Source: Eledone cirrhosa (Eukaryota). Taken from it: a stretch of DNA of 64,000 nt. The notes beneath the pieces were generated by a model, which saw only the letters and a program-made list of their open reading frames with translations, did no database searches and was not told where the DNA came from. A program made the translations under genes and the position numbers. The first letter of the stretch is position 1; each line of letters opens with the position of its first letter. The stretch is from contig OZ024743.1 in NCBI GenBank assembly GCA_964016885.1, positions 213,528,001-213,592,000 on the forward strand, written 5' to 3'. This document shows, piece after piece, positions 30,245 through 44,709 of the stretch.

Positions 30245-30490
30245 CGTTAGCTTTGCCTTTTATCCTTACGGGGTCGATAAAATAAAGCACCAGTAACGAA
30301 CTGGAGTCGATATAATCGATTTCCTCTCCTCCCCAAAATTACTGGCTTTGTGCCTAAATCAGAAACCATTTGAGTTCAAATCCCGCCGAGGTTCACTTTG
30401 CCTTTCATCCTTACGGGGTCGATAAAATAAAGTACCAGTAATACTGGAATAATTGCTGGCCTTGTGCCAAAAAGTAGAAACAATTATTTA
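30245..30490 (+). mobile_element. Two tandem partial octopod SINE copies
   Basis: CTTTGCCTTT.ATCCTTACGGGGTCGATAAAATAAAG occurs twice. Confidence 0.8.
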
Positions 30491-32639
30491 CTACAATTGT
30501 ATGAAGGTAATCACATTTAATTTCTCGGGTCTTAGTGATTGAAATCCTTTATTCTATTTCGTATTATATCGTAAAATGAACGGTATACTATATTATCTTT
30601 TAATAATATAGGATTTGTTACATTCCAGCACAAAATAAAATACAGTTTCTGCATAAATCCATATGCACAGAGGAACACATGCTTACAGACACTTGTTTAC
30701 ATGCATAACAAAAATGTAGAAATAAAAATTGACCACATATGATCAAATACTAAATGTCTCATCCAGTGAGTTGTCTTGCTACTTTTATTTGAAATTAACG
30801 CGTATAATTTACACGATTTTCGCAACTACTATTAGAAATAATCGGCTATTCTAATTTACGCTGGAACAACATTTCAGACACGCTGTTTACACCAATCTTT
30901 CGTTTTTTATATATTTGCTCTGTGAGATGACATAACACTACTGTTTTCGGAAATTTACCTATTGGATTAAACTCTGAACTGTACATTACCTATCTTGCTG
31001 TGGACTATACATTCATATTGACTTTTACATTTTCATTGCCTATATATTGCTGCGTTATCAACTCACATAAACCTGTTTATTACTGCTTCTTTGTGCCGAG
31101 CTTATAAATAACTTTGGCTAAGATGCTAACCAAGGATCACCTTCCAATATCCATGAAGTATATTCCAGTGCTTGAAAAAAAATCTATTCTAAATACTTCA
31201 TAAGCAGCATTAACTCTTGATAACAGTAATTTCAGTATCTGAATAGGAACCTAAAATATTCGTATTTCCGGATCTTTACTCCCTCATCTCTACCACTCGT
31301 CCCATACCGTGGTAGAGAAAAGAATTCTTCTTATCAAGATATTTAACAAATAGTACTGCTAATTAACCCTTAAATTCGTAATATATACAAATAAATAGCA
31401 TCTAAATCATATAATTTTCAAAATATACATATGTAAAGAACTTGTATAATCTATCTCAGTAACTAGTGTTTAACCATCATTGGTGATAAATAATAATCCT
31501 GAGGTACCTATGATTATAGCATAAATACAGCGTTATTATGTACGTTTATTATGCTTAAACAAATTGTATATTCTAACTTATATGCCTCTCTTTTGAATCA
31601 CCAGTGTTAGTTAGACTGCTGACACACACACACACACACAAATATATATATATGTATGTATACGTCTCTAATATAAATCTATATTGTACTGTTACACACT
31701 GCGTTGTTTTCCGTTTACGTTTTGCATATATATATATATATATATATACATCTCCCCACTCCCCCTCTCTCTATATATATATATATATTCTGTGATATTT
31801 AGAGATTGAGAAGGGGGAAGAGGAAGAAAGAAGGGGGATTAAATAATAATCTGTTGCCTTAAACTCTAATAGTCTGTGTTACATGAAAATTACGCTGTTA
31901 CAAAGTTATTTACGCTTCATAAAATAGAGTTTTCACATTTTTGATTTTTCCATTCTTTTCCTTGGCAAAATAGCAAATCAGGTTAAAAAGCTCTTGGAGA
32001 ACATACGAAAAATTGATCTGAAGCTGCAGAATTTCACAGAAGTAAAAAAATGTCTACGAAAGAAAATAGAAAGCAAATGGAAGGAGAGAATAGCTGTATA
32101 GAAAAAAAATCAGTAAAAATGTATATAACTAATAATATCTAACGAAAAAATATGTTCGGGGAAAACATTTAAAGCGAAAATAAGATAAGGATAAAAAACT
32201 GAAATAAATGAAATCTTACTTTATGTGTTAGATACTTATTCAAAGTAGCGAGTCTTTAAAAAGGTCAATTGTCAAAGGAGAAGCTTAACATTTGTTAAAA
32301 AAAAAAGAAAAAATGAAGAATTTAGAGGAGAATAGTCTGACCAAAATACTCCTAATTGCTATTCAACTCGGCACTTTTACTTCTGCTATCGCGCAACAAT
32401 ATATACGTATCAGACATTTTTAACACAATTGATTTTCTTGCAGTCTCAAATTTCTAAGCTATTTTAACTAGCCACAATCCGATCCGTGTAGTGTTGTATA
32501 TGAAAATGTATATGCACATCAGTGCACGTGTATGTATGTGTGTCTGTGTGTGCGTATGTGTGCCTGTGTGTGCGTGTGTGTATTGTGCGTGTCGATGTGA
32601 GTGCGGGAGTGATTTTTGATTCCGTCTGAACTTAGGAAG

Positions 32640-32843
32640 AAAGTTAGAAACATATATGCCATGAACCTCTGTAGGACATCATACACACGCACGCACACAC
32701 ACACATACGCCCCCCATATATATATATATATATACACATAAATATATATGAGGTGTGTGTGTGTGTGTGTGTGTATGTGTGTGTGTGTGTGCGTGTGTAT
32801 GATGTCCTGCAGAGGTCCATGGCATATATGTTTCTAACTTTTT
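32640..32843. repeat. Inverted repeat around a CA/TA/TG microsatellite core
   Basis: AAAGTTAGAAACATATATGCCATG.ACCTCTG.AGGACATCATACAC and its reverse complement. Confidence 0.8.
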
Positions 32844-33155
32844 GCCTGTGTCGTGTTTCTATGAGTTTGTATGTGTAGTTAAAGTGTGTGTATGCAATTC
32901 TATACACATAAGTTGACTTCAGAACTAATCTGTCTGTACGTCATAAGGTAGCCTAGACTGCAAAATATATAAGAAGAGAAAAGTACATACGTGTTTCAAA
33001 TATGTGTTCGCGAGTGAATAATCATGTTCATACCTAAAAGTATGTAACTGTCTGTATGTGGTGTTTACCTGAAATGAAATGCCTAAACTCATTAATTAAG
33101 AACATTGTAAAAACCTATATATATGTATATATGTGTTTATGTATTTACGTATGTA

Positions 33156-33235
<80 letters not shown>

Positions 33236-33284
33236 CACATATATATTGAATATTTCTCTTTGAAGTATTAGTTTTGGATACTAC

Positions 33285-33338
<54 letters not shown>

Positions 33339-33606
33339 CTAATAAGCAATTGTATATCTTCGTGTGAGATGACCTAAAGGAAATAAAAAATACTAAAGTG
33401 AATAAAAATATAAAAGCATTATCTCGATTTTATATCTGAAATCACGAAAGTTTACTCAGTAGAAGCTAATAGATAAATAAATAAATAGATAAATAGATAA
33501 ATATCGACAAAAAAAATCAACTACAGAACAATATAGAAAATAACAAAATATAGAAAAGCTTTCATGGTATTGGCTGGATATAAAATATATATGAGAAAGA
33601 TGTATA

Positions 33607-33637
<31 letters not shown>

Positions 33638-36489
33638 CACGGCCTACCGCATACGGACGCTTTAAGCATCCAACATCAATTATATATATATATATATATA
33701 TATGTGTGAGTATGTGTGTGTGTGTGTTTATATATATATATATACATATATATATATGTGTGAACTTATATAGTCGTTAAATGAAATCAATTGGGTATAA
33801 TGGCGTCAGCTACAATAAAGGCCAACTATATAGAACTTCATTATTTATTTGGTTGAGTTGTTTACCATTCATTTTCTTCTCTATATATTTAGGTTGATAA
33901 ACTGTTATGGTCTAGCTGAAACCGTCTCATTGACTACAAGTTTTCTGTTAAATTGCTGAGAAGTAGTTATAGAAAATGGCTTAAATTTATATTCTTTTTC
34001 ACAATGTAAGAGACATTGATAATATTTTAAATTAATATAAATAAAACGAATAAAGTGGTTTAGACGATGCTTTAATCATTAATTATAATTGCCATTTATA
34101 CTTCTAGAATTTTTAACCTCATCTGGAAAAAGTAACACAAAACACATCTATAGAATGGCAGTTCCCCCTCCTGTTCATACAAATATTTCGCTCCTTAGCC
34201 AAATATATGTGTTTATGTTTAATGTTTGTTTTTGTTTAATAATTACTTCTGGTGGTACCAAAATTAATACTTGATGTACAAGCAGACAGCGTGTATATAT
34301 TAAGAAAAACAATGAAGTTTGCTTTATATGTGGTTAATTTTGTATTATGTAATGACAATTCCTCAAACTACCCGAGGAAAACAACACGATGAATGTCTAA
34401 TTGATAATGCCAGTCCTAACACACCCATACCAACACATGCACACGCACACATATATAAACACCCAAATTAAAAACGAAGGCACAAATACGCACGCACACA
34501 GACACATATGAATAAACACACACACATGCACATGAAAATATGCATATATACGTAGACGAGTACTCCTGCCTATGCACTCAAATACTTACATACGCCCACA
34601 TAAACGAAAAGAAATAGAGCCGATGTTTATATATACCCATCATCTCACAAATCACAACAAACACTATTCTCTGTTGAAGAGCTGATAAATAATGGAGTCG
34701 GGTCCATAACTTCCATGGATGATACTGAGCCAATCCTCTGCGAAACGCACGTAACAGGTCGTTACACAATAACAAAAATAGCTAAATGTAAACGAAACGT
34801 CATCGTTTTTCTTAATATATATATATATACGTGTGTATGTGTGTGTTTCTGTATGTGTATATATGTGTGTGTATGCATGTGTATGTATGTGTGTGTGTGT
34901 GTGAGTGTGTGTGTGATTGTAGATAGAAATAATTGATAAGAGAACGTATAGACAAAAGAAATGAATGTCTGGTGAATGACAGAACTGAAAGCTACATGCC
35001 ATAGTATAGTTGATAGTTGATATCTTGACGACTAAGTTAATATGCAATGATAACAGCAGGATATGTCACTTGGATTTACATATCTGAGATTATATTTGCT
35101 CATCCTAGTAAGCGAGGTTCCGGACATCTTAGATGTCTGTTTATTTTCATCTTCACGACATTTCGATTGAAGGAATCTCTATTCCGAACCAAGAGTGGCG
35201 AACCTTTACCACTTCGCACGAGTGGTCGAAATACCGTATTAGTTGCTTCATTTACAATGTCAATATATCAAGTTTGTCACAACTCAATATGCCATAATAA
35301 TGCCCAAAGCTAACATCATATATCATATCTAATGTATTCAAACAACCAAGAAACTCTGTGCCTCTGTTTTTTCAAAAGTCAGTTTCTTTGCATGAATACT
35401 TGCTTATTTAAGTGGCAAAATCGTGTCCCAGGAACAACACAATGAACTACTGAAGCCGAGAGATCCATTAAAAAAAAATTACAAAGTTAAATGCAATTTA
35501 AAACGTCTTCTATTACATTTTTTGAAATTTTGTAAACTTAGCACTATTTTGAATGTATGTTTTTTCATGCGAATTAACAAAATCAGTCGAACAGAATAAG
35601 GAATTCAATAGAAATATTTATGATATGTTATTATGGTATCCGAGCACAATGTTATGAAATGTTGCATTGTGTCATAGTTGGTTCAATGATGCAAGTATTT
35701 ATAATAGTCAATATTGAAAAATATATTCAAAGAGATAACAAGCCGGTTTCGGCTGGTTATCTCTTGCAGAAGAGGTGGCCATATATATATTTATGTTTAT
35801 ATTTTTTGATAATTTAGCTCGATGAGGAAAGGCAGTGTAGAATGAAAGGAAAAGAAGTTAACCTAAGACTGGAAACTTCTTGTCCTAAATGCTTACAATA
35901 GAAAACGTGAGGTGTCTAGCACTTCAAAACAAGAAAGGTTCTGACCACTTCATCCCAGTTTCCAACTACTAAATTTCGCTCGTAAATTTCTAGTCTTACT
36001 TGAAGCATCACAATCACTCGTACTTAATAGAAAATAGTGTAGGAGCCTGGCTTAGTGGTTAGGGCCCTAACCACTAGGTTATTTTCTATTATGTACAAGT
36101 AATTGTGATGTTTCAAGACCAGAAATTTACGTGTTGTGCAGTTAAGCAAAGCATCTCATTGTCCCTGTTCATTCTGTTCTTTGGCGGATTAGCGTCCTGT
36201 CCGGATGAAAGTCTTTTACTCCCAATTCAAAACGCCCATGAACTGGGGAGATATTACAACCATTGTTCAGCCCATGCAATCAATGAAAGAAAACCGAGGA
36301 AAAATTGCAATTAACTCTCTAAAACAAAATTTAAAAAAAGTTATATGTAAAGATAGAAAGAAATCCTTTCACGATCGATTATATTTACGATTCCCTGGGT
36401 AAATCAAATAGTTATCAGTAAATTACTCAGGTTATTTAAGTCTAGTGATCTCAGTTGAAAGATTTATGAACACTTTATGATAGAAACCA

Positions 36490-36838
36490 CCACCAAACCA
36501 ACAAAACCACCAGCATCACCAGCATCACGACAGCCAGTATCACAAGTGGCACCATCATTACCAAAAGCAGCAATAGCATCGCCATGACAACAATCACCAC
36601 CATCATCACAACCAACACCAACATAACCCCCACCCAAGCACCCCCTCCCATTACCACCACCAAGAAGAAGAATCAGAGATTGTGGTGTTGTCATTCTTCT
36701 TCTTCTTGGTGGTGGTGGTTATGGTGATGTTGGTGATTGTTGTCATGGTGATGCTATTGCTGCATTCGGTAATGGTGGTGCCGCTGGTGATATTGGCTAT
36801 CCTGATGCTGGTGGTGCTGGTGGTTTTGTTGGTTTGAT
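36490..36838. repeat. Imperfect fold-back of ACC/ATC-rich low-complexity DNA
   Basis: 36490-36600 is reverse-complementary to 36730-36838. Confidence 0.7.
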
Positions 36839-37155
36839 GTTGGAGGTGGTAGTGGTGGTAGTGGTGGTGGTGGTAGTGGTTGTGATGATGGTGGTGATTG
36901 TTGTCACTTCACAAACAAAATCAGGATCATAATTGTCATTAACATCGTCGATATATATCATTATTTGATTTATGTGACATTAAGGAAATTATCGACTGTA
37001 GGATATATAGTAAAGAGAAAGTTTCAGTTGGCTTCTAAAATAACAAAAATAATAGATATAGATTATAGTTAAAAATACATTCGGTTCTTCGGTGCAAACG
37101 CATCCCCCATAACACACAACAACTAACTTAAATATAAACGCACACACACACACAC

Positions 37156-37221
<66 letters not shown>

Positions 37222-37290
37222 CAAATATATATATACATATACAAATATATATATAATATATACATAAATATATATACATATAATATATAT

Positions 37291-37342
<52 letters not shown>

Positions 37343-37886
37343 GCGTGTTCGTGTTTGACTTGTTAACAAAGCAGCCACACCTATTAATAGTATGTTTAGA
37401 TGCAAAACCGAAATATAAACAGCGAAAGGGAAAACGTAAACTGGATAATTGGAAAAATATCCCAGAGCGAGGCTGGCATAAAGAAAAGACAAAATCGGTT
37501 GTTATAAAATACCTATCCTTTTAAATTAATATCAAATCGAATCCAAACAAGAGACAATAAATAGTAAGATAAATAATCAAGAAAACAAATATATATATAA
37601 TGTAATACCAATTATATATTTGACGATACAAATATCTTATCTTATGAGATGTGGCTTATGCTTTTCCATATACATCCGCGCTCACGCACTCATTCAACAC
37701 ATGCATGCAGACACACAAATGAACATTCATGTAAGTGGATGCGTTCCTACATTCCAACAAACGTACATACACACATACACACACACACATACACACACTC
37801 ACAGATATATACATAAACATAGACAAATATATATATATATAAACATATATATATATACGTATCTCTCTCTCTATATATATATATAT

Positions 37887-40762
37887 AGTAATAATAATAA
37901 ATTTGAAGACTAAAATCCAAAGAGGGCTCGATAAGGATAAATATATATCAAATATATAAGAACCGTAGAACAAATATTTATTAAAATAACAGATTAAAGT
38001 TTAAGCAAAGAATCGCTGCTTTCACCCTTAACGGGATCTTCTGAAACTAACAAAGTCAATCTGTGAACGTAGAAGTGAATATTAAAAAAAAACCTTGCAA
38101 TCGGAGGAAGACAGCAGGACAATACTTTGGTTCGTGGAAACGTTCCCTGCAAAGAACGAGAAAAAAACGAATATAATACGTCACTATTAGGGGCGGTGAA
38201 AAACAATTACACGCAAAGACAAAACCACGTTTATGGTATAAAAGAAGTCGTAGACTAATATTCTATTAGGTGGTTCATAGAGACGTTCTCTGGCAATGAA
38301 CGAAAAAAACGAAGATAATACGTCATATGTGGAGCGGGAAGAACAATTGCACGCAAAGACAAAACCACGTAAATGGTATAACTGAAGTCGTAGACTAAAA
38401 TTCTAACTATGAAACCGAATAATTCTCGGCTTCAGAGTTAAGAATAAAGTAAATAAAATACAGAGGCAATTGAAATTAAATAAATACATACACGCATCCA
38501 TATACGTACTACACAAGCATACGCGAAAACACTCGCCATAGGTATACAAATACACGCACGTACACAAAAAATCCGCACGCACATACAGAACCTACGCAAT
38601 GCCTGTAGCCGCACGCATACGAATGTATACACCAAATACACATAAAAATATATATAAAAAAAACAACATATATATATATGTGTGTGTGTGTGCGTGTATG
38701 CATATAATTAAATAAACGTATATAAATAAATAAATACGTATATAACAAGCGCACACACATACCTACATGTGAATACACATATGTTCGGAGACGTACGTCA
38801 ACCAAAACATAAAGTACACATATACACACACCCTACATACGTACGAACCCGCATACTCACACAGACGCAAAACTCACGTATACACATAAACAAAAGCATA
38901 TGTACCAGAATATATAATATATACGCCATAACATATACAATCAAATATACGTACGAGAAAGTATACGTATCTTCACAAAACATACAGGTAATATATACTT
39001 ACCTATAGAAATAAGTAATGGTATAAACATAACATATACTTAGCTACCACATCAAGACGTAAAATATCCGCGTATAGTTCGGACTATCCGTTAGGGTATA
39101 ATGTGGGGCTGTAATACAGGAAAGCTTTGTGCAATTTATGTTTACAAGCCGAAATTGCCTCAGATTTTTTGTTTAAGATGTTGTCTTTCGCGTAGAGTAT
39201 TTCCAGGGCCTCAGCGGCGCATAGGTCACACGGTCTTATATTTCCGTTATACGATCTAGCCTAAGCTAGGATCTCCCAGTGTAACTTATATTGGGTGTGG
39301 TTGTATTTTAGACTCCAGACATAAGCTGAAAGTGACGTCATATTCCTTCTTAAAGGGTTACGAAAAGAATGGGTATGCATGTAAAGACGCTGCTTGAATC
39401 TATTGGCGGTTAACCCTATGTAGGGCCTACGGGACGTGGGTGTTCCAACCTTACATTTGTAGACAAAGTTATTAGAGAAGCATTTACCGGATAGGGGCAG
39501 TCAACCCGATTCTTACAATTACATTTAGTTCTAACTACAGGGTGGCACGTGTTCCTACGGCTAGGTAGTTTAGCTAAATTTGAAGCTGCAATGTTATCTG
39601 CAAGGTTAGGAGTCGTAGAGTAAGAAATTTTAATAGTATTTCTATTTAAAATTTTACTATATTTATGTGTAGGGGGAAAATGCTTCATAATAAGGGAGAG
39701 AAAGATCTTAGCTAATGATGTGGCCACCTCCATATTATATGGTGGGCTATACCATATAATGCGTCGGGATCTATTTCTTCTAGGTCTATTCTCGTACTCT
39801 GTATATGCTACCTTATCGACAAATCCACTCCGAGCAACAGCTTCATTGTAATATGTGGAATGGTCGTTGAAAATATGCTCGTTAGTAGAGAGGCGGGAAA
39901 GTCTCAGAAACAGTTTCTACCAGATTCTTGTAATTAAGCGTATCATTCGGCTTTCTGTACGGGTAATGCAAGCCATTCGATAAATTGAGGGTAACGTCGA
40001 GGTAATTAACAACCTGTATGGAGAGGTTGAAGCCTTTAAAGGAGGCTGTGAGTTCTTTTCTGAACCCGTCGCAAGCACGTGGGCCGCACTTAGTCATGGT
40101 CAAAAGACCATCATCACGGTACAAACCACCGCCAATATTGGGGAATTCTTCCTTGATAGAGAAAAGAAGGAAAAGGCCGATAAGATCAGTAACCTCCACA
40201 GAATCGCTGGCGCCCATAATCACGCCGAATGGGGTACTATTAGATTTTTTAATCCATAGATTAATTCATAGAATTATATATTTAATTTCAATTACCTTTG
40301 TATTTTATTTACTTTATTCTTAACTCTGAAGCCGAGAATCATTCGGTTTCCTAGTTAGAATTTAAGTCTACGACTTTAGTTATACCATTTACGTGGTTTC
40401 GTCTTTGCATGCAATTGTTCTCTGCGCTCCACATATGACGTATTATCTTCGTTTTTTCTGTTCATTGCCAGAGAACGTCTCTATGAAACACCTAATAGAA
40501 TATTAGTCTACGACTTCTTTTATACCATAAGCATGGTTTTGTCTTTGCGTGTAATTGTTTTTCACCGCTCCTAATAAGACGTATTATCCGAACGTTTCCA
40601 GGAATGAAAGTATCGTATTCCTGTCTTCCTCCGGTTGCAACGTTTTTTGAAATATTCACTTCTGCGTTCACAGATTGACTTTGTTAGTTTCAGAAGATCC
40701 TGTTAAGGGTGAAAGCAGCGATTATTTGCTTAAACTTTAATCTGTTATTTTAATAAATAAAT
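37887..40762 (-). mobile_element. 5'-truncated Penelope-like element: pLTR 37887-38485, RT-GIY-YIG remnant ~39130-40255, inverted pLTR 40277-40762
   Basis: MGASDSVEVTDLIGLFLL, GLYRDDGL, VNYLDVTLNL, PYRKPN, NRNTIKISYS, CNCKNRVDCP. An inverted terminal repeat like this is typical of PLE insertions. Confidence 0.9.
37998..38048 (-). ncRNA. Hammerhead ribozyme in the PLE pLTR, U4A core variant (second copy at 40686-40736, +)
   Basis: AGUUU-CAGAAGA-uCCC(guuaa)GGGu-GAA-AGCA(gcgauucuu)UGCU-U-AAACU. Confidence 0.65.
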
Positions 40763-40786
40763 AAATATATATATATATATATATAT

Positions 40787-41824
40787 AAAATGGCGTGCTG
40801 CGGGGCTGCAAATGGGTTACATATGAATATAATTAGTCCTTCATCAATGATCTTCCAGTCTTCATTGGCATTTCATAGCCTTAAAGATCATATACCTCTG
40901 GTTGGTGCGAGCAACGGCTAAAGAAAGTCGTTGGGACACGTAAAATAGGGTGAAACGAACGAGAAATGTAAACAAACAAAGATGGTAATGCAACGAAAAA
41001 TGAGGAAGAAGGAGTCAAGTCCCTGAAATCGATGAACTTAAATTCTGTGAAATTGTAGACGAGAGACAAAGACCATCCAACCTGGGTGAAATGTGAGCGA
41101 GAAAAGAATTTCACACAGGTCAAACGGGAGGAAGTGATGGAGAGGGAATAGCAGAGATTGAGTGAGTGAAAGAGGCTGCGTGGTTGCAAAAGGGTTATAT
41201 GTATATATATATGTATATATATATATGTGTATATATCAACCAGAGGTTTATCATCTTTAAAGCGATGAAATACCAATGAAGGCTGGAAGATCACTGATGA
41301 AGGACTAATTTTATTCATATGTAACCCATTTGCAACCACGCAGCACGCCATTTTTTCATATATTTATATATTTTCCGCCGCCGTGACCCGTCTGTTTCTT
41401 TCTTACTGCTTCCCCTTTCTCTGTATCTCTCACTTTCTTTTTACCCCCTCTGCCAGTCACTCTCTCAGTTAGCCTCTTCCTCACACTTTCACTCACTCAC
41501 TCTCTGCTACACCCTCTCCATCATTTCGTCCCGTTTGACCTGTGTGAAATCCCTTTCTCGCTCACATTTCACCCAGGTTGGATGGTCTTTATCTCTCGTC
41601 TACAATTTCACAGAACTTAAGTTCATCGATTTCAGGGACTTGACTCCTTCTTCCTCACTTTTCGTTGCATCTTTGTTTGTTTACATGTCTCGATCGTTTC
41701 ACCTCATTTTACGTGTCCCAACGACTTTCTTAAGCCGTTGCTGGCACCAAGCAGAGGTATATGATCTTTAAAGCGATGAAATACCAATGAAGGCTGGAAG
41801 ATCACTGATGAAGGACTAATTTTA

Positions 41825-41830
<6 letters not shown>
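40787..41830 (+). mobile_element. Family F2-related non-coding element: inverted copy 40787-41180, tail 41237-41360, forward unit 41370-41830
   Basis: Internal inverted and direct repeats; shares the CAGCACGCCATTTT terminus and the C/T-rich body with 14523-15531. Confidence 0.75.
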
Positions 41831-41878
<48 letters not shown>

Positions 41879-41929
41879 TACCGAAAGTTAAAGCTAGCGC
41901 ATTACTGCACCAGCTCCTGCAATTCTTCG

Positions 41930-42015
41930 ATCCTGTGCTGGATGTTCGTGTTAAGAGTGGGGATGAGCTGTCAACTGATTACCATCTAGTTATCTGCAAC
42001 CTGAGACTACCTGAA
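41930..42015 (+). mobile_element. RTE-type APE endonuclease fragment
   Basis: LDVRVKSGDELSTDYHLVICNL resembles DVRVKRGAELSTDHHLV. Confidence 0.65.
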
Positions 42016-42179
42016 GGTAAAAAGTATGAATGCGTCTATTTATCGTCGTCCGGACACTGTACCTCAATAATGTGCTTTTTTCATACGATTCATAGAATTA
42101 TATATGGTCCTATCCCCATGAGATCCACTAAGATCGATAAATCGACAACGTGGTCTTACCGTAATCAGAGTATACAATT

Positions 42180-42356
42180 ATATTTTCCAAAGAAAAAGGT
42201 ACCAGTAACTTCGAGGTCTTCATGGCGGTACCTGAAGAAACACCGAATCCAATACTTTGAAGTTATAGGGACATTTTTCATATATATATAATATGAACAT
42301 ATATGCATACACACAGAGACATATATATATGTAAGTATATATATGTATATATGTTC

Positions 42357-42392
<36 letters not shown>

Positions 42393-42515
42393 TATATTAT
42401 ATATATATATGAAAATGTGACTGTAACCACCTCAATGTATTAGCTTCGGTGTTTCTTCAGGTATCGTCATGAAAACCACGAAGTTACTGCTACGTTTTTC
42501 TGTGAAAAATAAAAT
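42180..42515. repeat. Inverted repeat around (TA)n
   Basis: AGTAACTTCG.GGT.TTCATG.CG.TACCTGAAGAAACACCGAA and its reverse complement at ~42445-42488. Confidence 0.65.
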
Positions 42516-42518
42516 TAT

Positions 42519-42551
<33 letters not shown>

Positions 42552-42973
42552 AATCACATCAAATCTGTGGACGAACCAGCTAATAATAACAAGCATATAG
42601 AATGACCAGTCATGGCCTGTGTCTGGCTGGTTCGTCCACAGATTTGATGTGATTTTTGTTGTGTTAATATTTGTCTACGTATCAGGCAGATTGGAGTCTG
42701 GTCTGGGTTGCAAACCGAGATCACGAACTGGCTGCTTAAGAAACATTTGTAACCAACATTGAGCAATAAATCTCTTATGTAACATCTCCACATTGTTCTT
42801 ATTATATACACTCTGCTCTGCATCGAGTGTTGAGCTTGGTTCCCTTACCAGTTTTCTTCGGACTTACTGAGCTTCCTGCATATGTGTAAATATATATACA
42901 TATATATACATATATATACACTCACACTCACTCACACAGACACACACTAACATACACACATATATATATATAT

Positions 42974-43019
<46 letters not shown>

Positions 43020-43021
<2 letters not shown>

Positions 43022-43221
43022 CGAAGGAAATGTGGTAAGGAACCAGGTGGACCATAACGCACCAAAGTACTCAATACTTGAGGTAGTAGAGTGGGTAATA
43101 GGAACCAGTAAGACCCCGACAGCTGAGCTCAAGCCGTTTCGACGGCTAATTCTGGACTCATTCGTCCAGAATTAGCCGTCGAAACGGCTTGAGCTCAGCT
43201 GTCGGGGTCTTACTGGTTCCT
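43020..43221 (-). mobile_element. Family F1 fold-back element
   Basis: Homologous to 13160-13372; palindrome centred near 43160. Confidence 0.85.
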
Positions 43222-43234
43222 ATATATATATATA

Positions 43235-44022
43235 TAAAGAATTAGTATATCTACCAACATATATATATACAGATGCATACCTATGCTAGCAAATATATAG
43301 GTTTTGTCTTAGTAACTTTGTGGTTCAATGCAAGGGGATGCAGAACAATTATATGAAAGAAATAAAATAAGAAAATTATAAAAATTAACTTCCTTACTAA
43401 AATTTCACTCCAACTAATTAGTTTCTGAAAGGGAATAAACATGGTTTCCGAATGGAACAACATAGAGAAAATCCTTTCGTCATCAGGAAGTCTATTCTCA
43501 GCTAAGTTCCCAGGCAATGCGTGGACACAGGGAACTTATACAAAAATAATTCAGTGGATGGAAAAAAGCAAGCGAGGACTAAATTCCAGGACATTGAAAA
43601 AATCACTGCCTACTTGGTCGGTGGCAAATTCAAAAGAATCAATCACGTGACATTGAGGTTAATCAGTGAGGAGTGGGGTGCTATAAGACAGTAGCCTGAC
43701 TATTACTATGAACCATAGTAGTAGTTTTGGCAAATTTTTGCTCAACAAAATAATTTCGAGATAATTATAAAGAATTAGTATATCTACCAACATATATATA
43801 CATATGCATACCTATGCTAGCAAATATATAGGTTTTGTCTTAGTAACTATGTGGTTCAATGCAAGGGGATGCAGAACAATAGAATATACTTCCTGATGAC
43901 GAAAGGATTTCCTCCATGTTGTTCCATTCGGAAACCATGTTTATTCCCTTTCAGAAACTAATTAGTTGGAGTGAAATTTTAGTAAGTTAATTTTTATAAT
44001 TATCTTATTTTACGTCTTTCAT
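43235..44022 (-). mobile_element. Non-coding (TA)n-inserted element, family F3 (partial tandem + unit + inverted arm)
   Basis: 43235-43350 repeats 43768-43880; 43885-44022 is inverted to 43355-43495; a second copy lies at 59292-60003. Confidence 0.8.
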
Positions 44023-44090
44023 ATATATATATATATATATATTAAGAGAGTAAAACAAAGAAGCCTTCAATACATCAAAAGTCTTTATTA

Positions 44091-44128
44091 GCCGACAATG
44101 TTTCGTCCTATTAAGGAGTCATCAGGGC
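44091..44128 (-). ncRNA. Minimal type I hammerhead ribozyme
   Basis: GCC-CUGAUGA-cUCCU(uaau)AGGAc-GAA-ACAUUGU-C-GGC, followed by AAUAAA and (TA)n. Confidence 0.8.
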
Positions 44129-44512
44129 AATTAAAACAACAAGAAGTAATATCGGCAGATACAAGCCGGAAGCTCCGAAGAATATGGAGTGTACATACAC
44201 TAAAGTATTGCAAAAATATATAATAAAAATAATAAAAATATATAATAAAAATTACTAAGGATGTATATAACATTAAGAACCATATTACAAATATAGTCCA
44301 AAGCAAAAAAAAACCTAGAGCTAAACAAAGGTGGTTATATAGAGCAGGAATTATATATAATACAATGTAATATAATATAATATAATATAATATACCTTTA
44401 CCAACATTAAAATTACAATAAAAATCAAAAGGTACAATATGCATATGTATATATGTGCGCACACGTACACACACATACACATACAACAATACACACATCC
44501 ATCTTCAACTGC

Positions 44513-44616
<104 letters not shown>

Positions 44617-44709
44617 GTATATATATATATATATATGTATATATAGATAAGTTTATCCCGGGTAATGGCTTCTACAGGACTAGAATGGTTTCATTTGGGA
44701 GAAATCATC

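Noticed and set aside
43441-43650. ORF repeated at 59396-59602
   Set aside because: Its recurrence reflects the F3 repeat; it is antisense to the inferred RNA strand and has no protein motif.
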